Shown: positions 13,101-24,360 of the stretch, one piece after another
Numbering within the stretch: the stretch's first letter is position 1
Layout: each line of letters begins with the position of its first letter
Assembly: GCF_902652985.1 (NCBI RefSeq)
Contig: NC_047015.1
Coordinates: forward strand, 43,028,001 to 43,092,000
Length of the DNA: 64,000 nt
Reading direction: 5' to 3'
Source of the DNA: Pecten maximus
Taxonomy: Eukaryota
Program-made: the position numbers and the translations under genes
The notes under the pieces: model-generated
The model's input: the letters and a program-made list of their open reading frames with translations, nothing else
Database searches by the model: none
Told to the model about the DNA's origin: nothing

Positions 13101-14995
13101 TAGTAGGTTCCATTCACGTGTACTGATAAACGTTTGATTTTGTTTTTATGTAATGTTTTTTTTTTTTTGCTGCAACATTAAAGACACAGTTCACACTTTC
13201 AATAAATAATTATTCTCTAATTGTGTGGAACTGCCCTTCACTTAACTGATAAGATTGTTATTGTGATTTTACACATACATTGATGTTAATTATTGTGTGG
13301 GAGAATCTCTTTGTTTTAGACAAACTTGTTGATAGTGTAACATCTTCTGTTTGATTGTCTGTTATACTTCATCAGATGTATATTTTGTGATGCTGTTGAT
13401 GAAGTAAGAAATCAGAAGTTAAATCTCAAATGATGTATCAATATACTCTCCTCTATTATATATATATTTGCTCTGCATCCCCCTCTACAATATTTACAGA
13501 ATACCGTACTTGACGTAAAATTATAACAGCATTTGGCCACTGTTGTGATGTTTGAAATCTCGTTGACTAGCGCTGATATTGTATGATAAACAAAACTCCC
13601 CATCTATATATTGCTGAAGCTTTGTACTATTTTCCACAGTTGCAGAATGCTATGCTTTTATTTGCAGGGCTTTAGTGCATAGCAGACTGCATATTTCCAT
13701 TTTATATATGCCATGTAAATATATGGCAGTTTTGAAAGTAAAATGAAAACATTATCATGAAACTGTTTGTCAGCTTAATTTATAAAATTTTCAAATTGAA
13801 GAAAACTGATCAGTCTTCACATAATATATTGCTACATGTTTTTATTAAGCATATATTATATATATTTTTTTTTTCTCTCATTTTACCATGTGTGTATGCA
13901 TGACTATTGCACAAAACACAGACAAACTTTTTCCAACTTTGGTTGCTATGGTTATGATTTTCATTAATACAACAATAGAGTGATTACAAAGCCACTACAG
14001 ATTTGTTGACAATATGATGATTTTTGTCAGGGGTGGTACAGCAAGCCTGTATTAGTATTGAATAGCAGTGAATTGGATGGCTTGGCATCTTGTCCAACTG
14101 AGATTATAAGAGACAGACCATGTAAATGTATACAGCATCCCAGTTCTCATCTCAATCTAGACCAGATGGTAGTCAGGCCAAACAAAACTGTAGGTGGTGT
14201 TTCCTGTCTCGGGTCCAAAAATTAAGGTTATGTTGGGACTAACAGTTTGATTTAGTACATTAGTTTTTATTTGATGATAGAAATTTAATTTTCTTATAGT
14301 GTGTACAGTAATGAAATTGGGTAGCTTTGATACCTTTTATACAGTATATGAATATGAAAATTCAGATTCTTCCAATACCAAGAGACAGGATTAGTAATGA
14401 ACTGATGTTTTGTTCAGCCTGAATTGGTCGTTCATAGACATGTCAAAGATTTCAGGAACACATTTGGTTTGGGCATCATTTCTGCTATTCTGCATGAGCT
14501 TCCCTTTTGTTTTTCCAGCAATGAAGAATTACAAATGTCCAAAGTTTTGTGTTTAATATGTAGTTTCATTAAAATATACATACATAATTGTTTTTAGTTA
14601 GAATGTGTGTTTTTCCTTTTTGAAATCCAACAGAAATGTACATTGATAGTATAAACATTTCCTTTTTCTGTAGGTTGGTGTGTTTTATTAGAATTTTTTT
14701 TTTTTTTTTTTTGAAGGCTTTTTATTTTTGTTCAGTCCTATATAGCCTCTTCTTTTTTGTATTTAAAGATATTCATACACATATCTGTAACAGCAAAAGT
14801 TTTGACGGTTATGATTAAAATTTATTACTGTTACTGATTTAGCTGATATTAATAGCCTTAATCTTCCTTACAGAGTCACAGCCCTATCAGGAGGTAGAAC
14901 AAGGTGCTATGGGTGGTGATGGCTCCCCGGGTCTTGGTCAACTTCGGCTGGATGATGACAACGAGTTCCCACCAATGACACATAAGAATGACTGA
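4176..14995 (+). CDS. WIPI2: WD repeat phosphoinositide-interacting protein 2 (Atg18 family), 11 coding exons, ~440 aa
   Basis: Hand-spliced GT-AG exons: 4176-4246, 4377-4459, 6288-6454, 6695-6889, 7285-7377, 7749-7819, 8473-8580, 8927-9091, 9546-9653, 11301-11440, 14874-14995. Total 1323 nt with consistent phases. Translation includes [71 protein letters not shown] (PI3P-binding FRRG), [12 protein letters not shown], and C-terminal [17 protein letters not shown], which resembles the WIPI2 tail. Confidence 0.95.
5335..6201 (+). mobile_element. Non-autonomous Helentron-like element (HINE) in WIPI2 intron 2
   Basis: 5' TTAGCTCACCTGGTCC, a (GTCC)-like microsatellite, ~5 internal ~160-bp repeats (GTGAACATGATAAC..CAAGTTTGATGAAAC), then 3' CCAGGTGAGCGAT and hairpin CAGGCCTTCTTTGCCTCTTG, with T-rich flanks. 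Confidence 0.8.
10050..11254 (-). mobile_element. 5'-truncated L1/Tx1-like LINE with 15-bp TSD in WIPI2 intron 9
   Basis: Direct repeat AAAGTGACTTGTGTT at 10035-10049 and 11255-11269. An A-rich tail (poly-T on +) starts at 10050. The minus strand at 11254-10887 encodes [41 protein letters not shown], the typical ORF2 C-terminal Cys/His region. The element spans the N gap. Confidence 0.8.
10597..10750. other. Assembly gap (N)
   Basis: Run of 154 N. Confidence 1.
11441..11637 (+). CDS. WIPI2: Alternative in-frame extension of WIPI2 exon 10 (second donor after 11626, or read-through to TGA at 11635-11637)
   Basis: The frame stays open and GC-rich for 62 codons past the first donor (CAG|GTAAG at 11440/11441). 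A second same-phase donor CAG|GTAAC lies exactly 186 nt downstream. Confidence 0.6.
12079..12273. repeat. ~95-bp direct duplication in WIPI2 intron 10
   Basis: TAACATC(T)AAAGTATA..ATAAATAAACTA..AGCAGGATAGCATACCACTAACATCTAAAG occurs twice in tandem. Confidence 0.7.
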
Positions 14996-17883
14996 ACCTG
15001 CTTCTTTGCTGGTGCACCATTAAAACTACGAGCCACGGAAAAGGAATCTTAGCATATATTTAGTTCAGCCACTGCCAAGCTTATGAATGCAGAACTAAAT
15101 GATCTCTGGTAGAAGTCAGAAACCCCAGCATAATTTATACTGGTGATTTTGTGGAGGGAAGGGGGATATTAACTAACTGAAAAAAAAACCATTTAAGAGG
15201 GAAAAAAATATGAAAATGGTACAAAAAAGATTTATTACCAGCACATCCTTCTTTATTATAACAATTTTTTAAATCATGAAAATGTTCATTTTACAACTGT
15301 ACAGTGTTTATGTGTAGAAGGAATGGTGATTAATAAATTTACTAGCTACAACATTCCCAGCCTTGTCCAGAGGGAAGCCGGATAAGCACTTCTTCATCTG
15401 TTGTTGTCTTACAATCTTTTCACAGTGTTCAACAGCATTGATTTTTTTTCATAACAATCTTCTCTCTTTATTTGAAACGACACAGTATCTATATTCAGAG
15501 AACAAGATTGCTTGGATGATATTTGGAAAGTTACAGCAAATATAAGGCTATTGACATATCAAATAGTAAGTTACTTTGACTGACTTAAACTGATAGTCGC
15601 ATCTGCAAATTTTGAATTCAGCTGGCTTGAAAGTTCCATCAAAATAAGTCCATTAGCTTTGTTGGTATTTTTGTATATAAACTTATGTCTTCTAATTAAT
15701 TTTATCAAATACATGCATGTTAAAGTGATTGTGGTTTAAATAAATTTTGTGAAATATGTGAAATAGTCTAAATGTAAAATGCTATAAAAAGTTATTGTGA
15801 TTTGAGCTGAGGTCTGGCTCTCTGTCTTCCTACTTGTAATAGTTAAGCACCACAAATGCACCAACTATCTGCTCTTTAAATTATATCAACCAAAAATTTC
15901 CTCATCAATGATTTTATTTGTTTCCCATAATGATCACTGTACTTGTGATATGTGCTCGAGCTGTTTGCCCCTGCTACAAGTGTGTTATTGTCCCCTGTGT
16001 CAAATACTCTGCTATGCAGCACTGTTGTTGATAGTGTTAATTGTAGGAAGTACTATTTTAATAGACAGTACTTCTATTTTCTTATTGATAAATTGTTGTA
16101 CGAAATAAGTAACCAACATTTATGTGTATATAAAAAAAAAACAAAAAAACTTAACAACAAACTTTCTGGCGCTTTCACATCTCTTGCTACTCTTCAGGAA
16201 AGTTTATTTTTGAAAGGACAACTTGACATCACAAATAACGTGACATCACAATGTACATTTGTTCACAAAACAAGTTTATAAAGTTGTGCTATCGATGGAA
16301 GCCAACATACTTGCTATTTCGTCGTCTGTATCCATTGTGATATATAAAAACTTGTCCATTCTAATGTCGTCGTAACCTCCACATGTATTTATATATATAG
16401 GATATAGTCTAGTCTAGTGATCCTCATTCAGTTAAACATTGAAAAAAAAATAATAAAATGGTATTATTTTCAGATATGAAATGATAAAGAATGTAAGAAT
16501 ATCTCCTTGAATACAGGTAAACTCTATAGGATATACAGACAGCTACAGTTGTTACAGTAGACTTATGGGGAAGCCAAGGAACTTCAGTGGTTGATGCTAA
16601 TGGCAAAACTTAATGTGATATATGATGATTTCAGTTAGAGGGATAGAGGAAAAGTAGACAGCATGCTTGTGCAAGGTTGGGAGGTGGATAGGAAAACATG
16701 CCTCATTATATACCATAGAAATATAATGTTCAGGGTAAGGCTATCTAATTTGTAAAATGATTTATAGCATAACTTTGGATTGGAGGTTAGTAGTCACCTT
16801 ATACCTTGTCTACTGGTATGAAAATCTGTTGTTTAATGCATCATTTCTGACAAGTCTTCAGAACCTTTGTACTAGATTTCCATGTTATTTGTGACATAGA
16901 AATCATCGAGTCACTGACAAACTTATGCTTGACGAGAATGTAAATAACGACAAAAAAGAGACGTATTTTACTTAAGTAATGACTCAACCCTGGAGAGAAA
17001 CCTTGTTCAAATGTTACCACAGAAATGTTCAGTCTATCAGCAATATTGGGTAGGATGTGTGCCCTGTCATTAGTAATACAGGTAAGGAGCATGCAGACTT
17101 CAGTATAGATTACGTATGTTACAGTTATAGGATGTAGACGTAAGACTCCTGTGTAATTAGTACACTGTTATATTGTTTTTGGTGCAATTGACTAAGAGGA
17201 CAGTTTCTAGTCAAGTTTTCCAGGTAGACAAAACAAAAACAACAACTGGTCAGTCATTAGGACATCTGTAATAAATTTTATTCTTGTGTGAAATCAATAT
17301 GGTCAATAATCAATAACATAAATAATATACTTTTGTATTTTTTTTCTAATTCATCTCGTTCTGTATTGATGTATCTGTTAACTTTGATTATAGATTTTGT
17401 GATAAACTTGGCTATGTGAGGATGGATGGGTGACGATTAAATGTGTATACTTTTGACTGCTCATTTTGTTAATGGATGCGTACGTGACACTCCAAAACTG
17501 CTTCCTGCGTACCAGCAGGAACCGGTATCGTTACCGGGACAATATGTCGGATGTAATCAATGTTTAGTCATGGTTATGATTAAAACATCATATTTAAAGA
17601 GACTAACACCTGTGATTATACAGGGCTGTAGTACATCTTTGTGAGGAAGTATTATTTCAAAGAATGTTAATAAATATTTCTTATGACGCCATTAACTGCC
17701 ATTTTCTTGTTTTACTTTTGTCATTTTCAGTTATCCCTATAGCACTCCTATCACTTATAAATGCCAATAGAAACCAACATATTGTAAATATCATCTGTGT
17801 GTCAACAAAAGATATTCATTGGCTTGCTTCAAAATGGAGTAGTTGCTTTTCAAAAGAGTTCTTGTACATGTATATAACATTAT

Positions 17884-19641
17884 TAGCTCACCTGGTCCGA
17901 AGGACCAAGGTGAGCTTATGCCATACCGTGGTGTCCGTCGTCCGTCCGTCCGTCAACAATTGACTTCTTCTTCATAACTACTGATCAGAATTTGACCAAA
18001 TTTGGTCAGAAGCATCCCTATGGGGTGGGGACTCAAAATTGTACAAATGGTGGGGCTGACCCCCCAGGGGTCTGAGGGGCGGGGCCAAAAGGGGTCAATT
18101 TGGCTCTGTTAATATAAACGACTTCTTCTCTGAAACCAAGCAAAGGATATTGCTCCTATTTGCCTGGTAACATCACTATGGGGTGAGGATTCAAAATTGT
18201 ACAAATAGTGGGGCTGACCCCCTAGGGGCCTGAGGGGTGGGGCCAAAATGGGTCAAAATAGCTATATTGATATTAACAACTTCTTCTCTGAATCCGTGCA
18301 ATGGATATTGCTCATATTTGCCTGGTAGCATCACTATTGGGTGGGGATTCAAAATTGTACAAATGATGGGGCTGACCTCCCAGGGGCCTGAGGGAAGGGG
18401 CCGAATGTGGTCAATCCGGCTATATTGATATAAACGACTTCTTCTCTGAAATCGAGCAATAGCTGTCGCTCATATTTGCCTGGTAGCATCACTATGGGGT
18501 GGGGATTCAAAATTGTACAAATGATGGGGCTGACCCCCCAGGGGCCTGAGGGGCGGGGCCAAATGTGGTCAATTGGGCTATATTGATATAAACGACTTCT
18601 CTGAATCCGAGCAATGGATATTGGTCATATTTGCCTGGTAGCATCACTATTGGGTGGGGATTCAAATTTGTACAAATGATGGGACTGACCCCCCAGGGGC
18701 CTGAGGGGTGGGGCCGAATGTGATCAATTCGGCTATATTGATATAAACGACTTCTTCTCTGAAATCGAGCAATGGCTGTCGCTCATATTTGCCTGGTAGC
18801 ATCACTATGGGGTGGGGATTCAAAATTGTACAAATGATGGGGCTGACCCCCCAGGGGCCTGAGGGGCACGGGGCCAAATGTGTTCAATCGGGCTATATTC
18901 ATATAATTGACTTCTCCTCTGGAACCAAGCAATGGATATATCTCATATTTTACTGGTAGCATCACCTTGGGGTAGGAATTTGAAATTGTACAAATGACGG
19001 TGCCGACCCCCCCGGGGGGGCTGAGGGGCGGAGCCAAAAGGGGTCAGTTTTGCAGAATTGATATAAACGACTTCTGCTATGAAACTAAGTAATGTATATC
19101 GCTCATATTTGCCTGGTAGCATGGTTATGGGGTGGGAATTCAAAATTGTACAAATGGTGGGGCCGACCCGAGGCGCCAGGGGGCTGAGGGGTGGGGCCAA
19201 AAGGGGTCAATTTGGCTAAATTGATTTAAACAACTTATTCTCTGAAACTTAGCAATGGTTTGACTGGTAGCATCCAATTGGATTGGAGTAGGGATTCAAA
19301 ATTGTATAAAGGAAGGAGCTGACCCCCCAGGGGGCAGAGCGCAGGGTCAAACGGGGTCAATTGGTCTAAACAAGTTTTCCTCTGAAACTAAGCAATGGAT
19401 ATCACTCACATTTGTGTGGTAGCATCCCTATGGGTCGCGCCAAAAGTCAATTTCATTTCATGGATTAATGCACTTTGTGGCATTTTTAGTATTCAAATAA
19501 AATCAATGTACATGTACCCATATGCTTATGATATATATTGACATACAATGTAGCAATACCAGCAACAAGTATACTCAAGCATCATTCTTGTTTCATATCT
19601 CATGAAACCAGGTGAGCGATACAGGCCCTCTGGGCCTCTTG
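17884..19641 (+). mobile_element. Non-autonomous Helentron-like element (HINE) with ~9 internal ~157-bp tandem repeats
   Basis: 5' TTAGCTCACCTGGTCCGAAGGACCAAGGTGAGCT (subterminal inverted repeat and hairpin) and a GTCC microsatellite. CAAAATTGTACAAAT recurs at ~18034, 18192, 18350, 18507, 18663, 18821, 18982, 19141 and 19297. The 3' end is CCAGGTGAGCGATACAGGCCCTCTGGGCCTCTTG|TT. Confidence 0.9.
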
Positions 19642-19689
19642 TTATTTGCCTACTGGTGAACATCAAATGAACATCTATAAATTTCGAAA

Positions 19690-20146
19690 GGTGGCCATCT
19701 TGGGTTTTGATGATTGAAGTTTGATGTCGCTATTTCTCAAAAATGTACTGAAGGGATTGTTCTCAAATTTCATATGTAGGTTCCCCTTGGTCTCTTGTGC
19801 ATATTCCTGTATAGGACCAACTTGGCATGGCCAACAGGCAGCCATCTTGGATTTTGACAATTGAAACTTCAGTACTAAATGGCTATTATTTGACTCCTCT
19901 TGATCTCCAGTTAGCACGCAAGTCTGATTGAAAGAACTAAATGGATGACAAAGGGTACTAATAGTATATATGGTCATCTTCGATTTTGACAATTGCAGGT
20001 TGCTCCTGCCATATAATGTTATATAAAGTTATTAAATGCTTTGAAGGAAGAGTGAAAGAAGTGGAAAGAAGAGAAAAGACCAGTCTTTCATTTGACAGAT
20101 ATGGATCATTCAATGGTGAGCGCCAAGGTCTCTCTGGGATCTCTTG
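19690..20146 (+). mobile_element. 3' fragment of a second HINE family
   Basis: Degenerate GGCCATCTTGGATTTTGAC repeats ending in GGTGAGCGCCAAGGTCTCTCTGGGATCTCTTG|TTTT. Confidence 0.65.
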
Positions 20147-20571
20147 TTTTTTAAGCAAGAGAGTTGGGGCAATGTTATTTGGCGATGGGTATGCTGGAAG
20201 AGGGCTACAGAATAAATGTGTAAACTATCTAGATCAACTTTTAAGCGGGTTTCTTGGACCTCTTGGTTTTCTTTGAGCTCTTGAAGAAATATTTCGGTCC
20301 ACTATGAGAAGGTCTTGACATTCGAACCTTACAACTCACCCTTGCTGCGGAAAGATAGCTTTAATGAGAGACGTTTGTGTGTGTGAATTCTAACGTACAG
20401 CAAAGTATCTTTTATATGTTTAAGGCGTTTACATAGTCTGGATTTATTTAGATATTACCGAATTTGATGACAGTAATTATGAAAGTCATAAACAGAAGAT
20501 TAGTACTTTCCCCCATCGGAATTCTCTTGTTAATATATAACTTTGTGTACCAAAAAGATTCGTCAATGTAT

Positions 20572-20990
20572 TACGGCAAACCAAGTCATTTATTCGCGGA
20601 GCAATATTGATCCAGTATTTTACCAAATTATTTAAGATATCTTTTACAATAGGGGTCGAGTGGTTAAAGTGTCCCGACACTTTATCACTAGCCCACCATT
20701 GGGTTGCGAGTTCGAAACCTACGTGGGGCAGTTGCCAGGTACTGACCGTAGGCCGGTGGTTTTTCTCCGGGTACTCTGGCTTTCCTCCACCTCCAAAACC
20801 TGGCACGTCCTTAAATGACCCTGGCTGTTAATAGGACGTTAAACAAAAACAAACCAAACCAAACCAAACTTTTACAATAATGATTATATAAGATATGAGA
20901 TATTTCATTAAATTTTCTTTATAAGATATCTTATATAATTTGGTAAAACCCTAGATTTACGTTTCTCCGTGACTAAATGACAACCTGGCC
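20572..20990. mobile_element. TIR MITE (AGATATCT-rich), interrupted by a SINE
   Basis: The left end GGCAAACCAAGTCATTTATTCGCGGAGCAATATTGATCCAGTATTTTACCAAATTA is inverse-complementary to TAATTTGGTAAAACCCTAGATTTACGTTTCTCCGTGACTAAATGACAACCTGGC at ~20935-20989. Confidence 0.7.
20652..20868 (+). mobile_element. tRNA-derived V-type SINE with 11-bp TSD
   Basis: A/B-box-like head (GAGTGGTTAAAG..GAGTTCGAAACC), V-core GGTTTTTCTCCGGGTACTCTGGCTTTCCTCCAC, and tail GCTGTTAATAGGACGTTAAAC(AAACC)n. TSD CTTTTACAATA at 20641-20651 and 20869-20879. Confidence 0.88.
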
Positions 20991-21429
20991 TATTAATTCG
21001 TTATGACGTATCATTGAGCAGTATATTGTAAGGAGGAAGGACTCTCTGCTTTGTCATGGCTAGCCAATGTCATTAGCACGCTAATTACAATGGCACAACG
21101 TGTTATGATCTAATGGGACGATGTGGACGTGGCCTGCATGCTCATGAGGATTACAGGTCGAGAAGGTTGTTTATCAGGAAAGATGTAAGCCTAACCTTTA
21201 GAAACCAAGTGTATACTGTTAGAAAGATATTTAAATGATAGAACATGGGTTAATTCTATTGAACCAAGCAGAATGCGTGTATTTTTTTTGTGACGCACTA
21301 AACACACTAACTACATTGGGTACTGTTTAATACACAGAAAGGGAACTAAATTATATATCACGTCATTCCTGCTACGCTAGCAAACAAAGTGTGACTGACC
21401 TTTTACACTTTAATTTTTGCCACTGAACT

Positions 21430-21469
<40 letters not shown>

Positions 21470-21480
21470 AATCAGTCAAA

Positions 21481-21895
21481 TATGGCAAGCCAAGTTGTCA
21501 TTTATTCGCGGGGCAATGTTGATCCAGTATTTTACCAAATTATATAAGATATCTTAAATGTTGATAAGATAAAATCTGAAAGTTCGAGAATAACTGCTCT
21601 TTCTGTAAGGTAAATTGCGTTTTGTTGGAAGGCACGCGGAACAAACACAATCAACCCTCTGTCGCGACCACGATCGACTAGGCACGGAGCAGATGTCGTG
21701 TTCGAACAAACATGAATATATGGCAATTATAAATCTGTTCAAACCATTATATTTAGTTTCAACTTCGTCTCGGCTCCTTCATCGAGTGGAGGACAGTTCA
21801 TTATCTCAAATTCAAATCTCGTTCTTTATAAGATATCTTATAATCGAATTATGTATATCTTATATAATTTCCTTTATAATATATCTTATATAATA
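21481..21895 (+). mobile_element. Second copy or fragment of the AGATATCT-rich MITE family
   Basis: Same left end TATGGCAAGCCAAGTTGTCATTTATTCGCGGGGCAATGTTGATCCAG as at 20572 and 26777. Confidence 0.6.
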
Positions 21896-22059
21896 TCAAA
21901 TGGAGTGTCCGACTCTTTATAATACTGGATTCATCGAAAAGGTTATCGAAATTTAGATTACGAAGATTGCCCAACTCAATCAATTTCACTTAAAAATAGC
22001 AAATGTATATTGATCGTGTTATGCTGTGTGTCTTACTACACCTAAAATATTAACAAAAT

Positions 22060-22633
22060 GGCGCTGTTGACGGAGAAGTAATGTTTTCGGCGCTGTTGAC
22101 GGAGAAGTAATGTGCTCGGCACTGTTGACGGAGAAGTAATGTTCTCGGCGCTGTTGACGTAGAAGTAATGTTCTCGGCGCTGTTGACGGAGAAGTAGTGT
22201 TCTCGGCACTGTTGACGTAGAAGTAATATTCTCGGCGCTATTGGCGGAGAAGTAATGTTCTCGGCACTGTTGACGGAGAAGTAATGTTCTCGGCGCTGTT
22301 GACGGAGAAGTAATGTTCTCGGCGCTGTTGACGGAGAAGTAATGTTCTCGGCGCTGTTGACGGAGAAGTAATGTTCTCGGCACTGTTGACGGAGAAGTAG
22401 TGTTCTCGGCACTGTTGACGGAGAAGTGATGTTCTCGACGCTGTTGACGGAGAAGTAGTGTTCTCGGCACTGTTGACGGAGAAGTGATGTTCTCGGCACT
22501 GTTGACGGAGAAGTAATGTTCTCGGCACTGTTGACGGAGAAGTGATGTTCTCGGCGCTGTTGACGGAGAAGTAATGTTCTCGGCGCTGTTGACGGAGAAG
22601 TAATGTTCTCGGCGCTGTTGACGGAGAAGTAAT
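22060..22633. repeat. 29-bp minisatellite, ~20 copies
   Basis: Unit GGCGCTGTTGACGGAGAAGTAATGTTCTC, head to tail, with no spacers. Confidence 0.95.
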
Positions 22634-23003
22634 GCGCCCATCCTTTTGAAGCACTTGGTTTTATTCTCATCTTACATTTTTTTTTGGGGGGGGGGGGGGG
22701 GGGGGGGGTGTCTCAAAAACCCAGGATTCCGTTTATCTTCTTTATTCCAATTCAAGTTCTTTTCCGTTGTATACTATGGTTACACTGATGAAATATTTAA
22801 GACTGTATAAAATGTACAAACAATTGTTCGAATCAGAAAGGGAAACCAATTTCCCCCTTAGCCACAGTGGGACAACAGGAAAAGAATACCGAAATGTAAA
22901 CGGAATTGTAATTTTCATTCAAAATCAGCAAAGCGATGACAAAATAACTGATTGACTGAGCCCAAGACAAGGTGTACCGGCATGGTAAACGTCTTATACA
23001 TTA

Positions 23004-24360
23004 TCGACGACACTCACCATACAAATCTAGGTGACGACGACACTCACCATACAAATCTAGGTGACGACGACACTCACCATACAAATCTAGGCCACGACGA
23101 CACTCACCATACAAATCTAGGTCAAATCGACGGCACTCACCATACAAATCTAGGTCACGACGACACTCACCATACAAATCTAGGTCACAATGGCACTAAC
23201 CATACAAATCTAGGTCACGACGGCACTCACCCTACAAATCTAGGTCACGACGGCACTCACCATCCAAATCTAGATCACGACGACACTCACCATACAATCT
23301 AGGTCAAATCGACGACACTCGCCATACAAATCTAGGTCAAATCGACGAAACTCACAATACAAATCTAGGTCACGACGACACTCACCATACACATCTAGGT
23401 CAAATGGACGATACTCGCCATACAAATTAGGTTAAATCGACGACACTCACCATCCAAATCTAGGTTCCGACAACACTCACCATACAAATCTAGGTCACGG
23501 CCACATTCACCATACAAATCTAGGTCACGACGACACTCACCATACAAATCTAGGTCACGACGACGCTCACCATACAAATCTAGGTCACGACGACACTCAC
23601 CATACAAATCTAGGTCACGACGACACTCACCATACAAATCTAGGTCACGACGACACTCACCATACAAATCTAGGTCAAATCGACGGCACTCACCATACAA
23701 ATCTAAGTCACGACGACACTCACCATACAAATCTAGGTCACAATGGCACTAACCATACAAATCTAGGTCACGACGGCACTCACCCTACAAATCTAGGTCA
23801 CGACGGCACTCACCCTACAAATCTAGATCACGACGACACTCACCATACAATCTAGGTCAAATCGACGACACTCACCATACAAATCTAGGTCAAATCGACG
23901 AAACTCACAATACAAATCTAGGTCACGACGACACTCACCATACACATCTAGGTCAAATCGACGATACTCGCCATACAAATTAGGTTAAATCGACGACACT
24001 CACCATCCAAATCTAGGTCCCGACAACACTCACCATACAAATCTAGGTCACGGCGACATTCACCATACAAATCTAGGTCACGACGACACTCACCATACAA
24101 ATCTAGGTCACGACGACACTCACCATACAAATCTAGGTCACGACGACACTCACCATACAAATCTAGGTCACGACGACACTCACATACAAATCTAGGTCAC
24201 GACGACACTCACCATACAAATCTAGGTCACGACGACGCTCACCATACAAATCTAGGTCACGACGACACTCACCGTACAAATCTAGGTCACGACGACACTC
24301 ACCATACAAATCAAGGTCACGACGACACTCACCATGCAAATTTAGGTCACGACGATACTC
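23004..24360. repeat. 30-bp minisatellite (~45 copies) with a 553-bp higher-order duplication
   Basis: Unit CACGACGACACTCACCATACAAATCTAGGT. The rare variant CACAATGGCACTAAC recurs at 23186 and 23739. Confidence 0.95.

Noticed and set aside
18237-19200. Repeated Pro/Gly-rich ORFs
   Set aside because: Translations of HINE internal tandem repeats.
20652-20730. tRNA gene
   Set aside because: This is the tRNA-derived head of a SINE with core, tail and TSD; there is no proper acceptor stem.
22042-22670. Three long overlapping minus-strand ORFs or a possible CRISPR-like array
   Set aside because: This is a pure 29-bp tandem repeat lacking stop codons on one strand. There are no unique spacers and no cas genes, and the context is eukaryotic.
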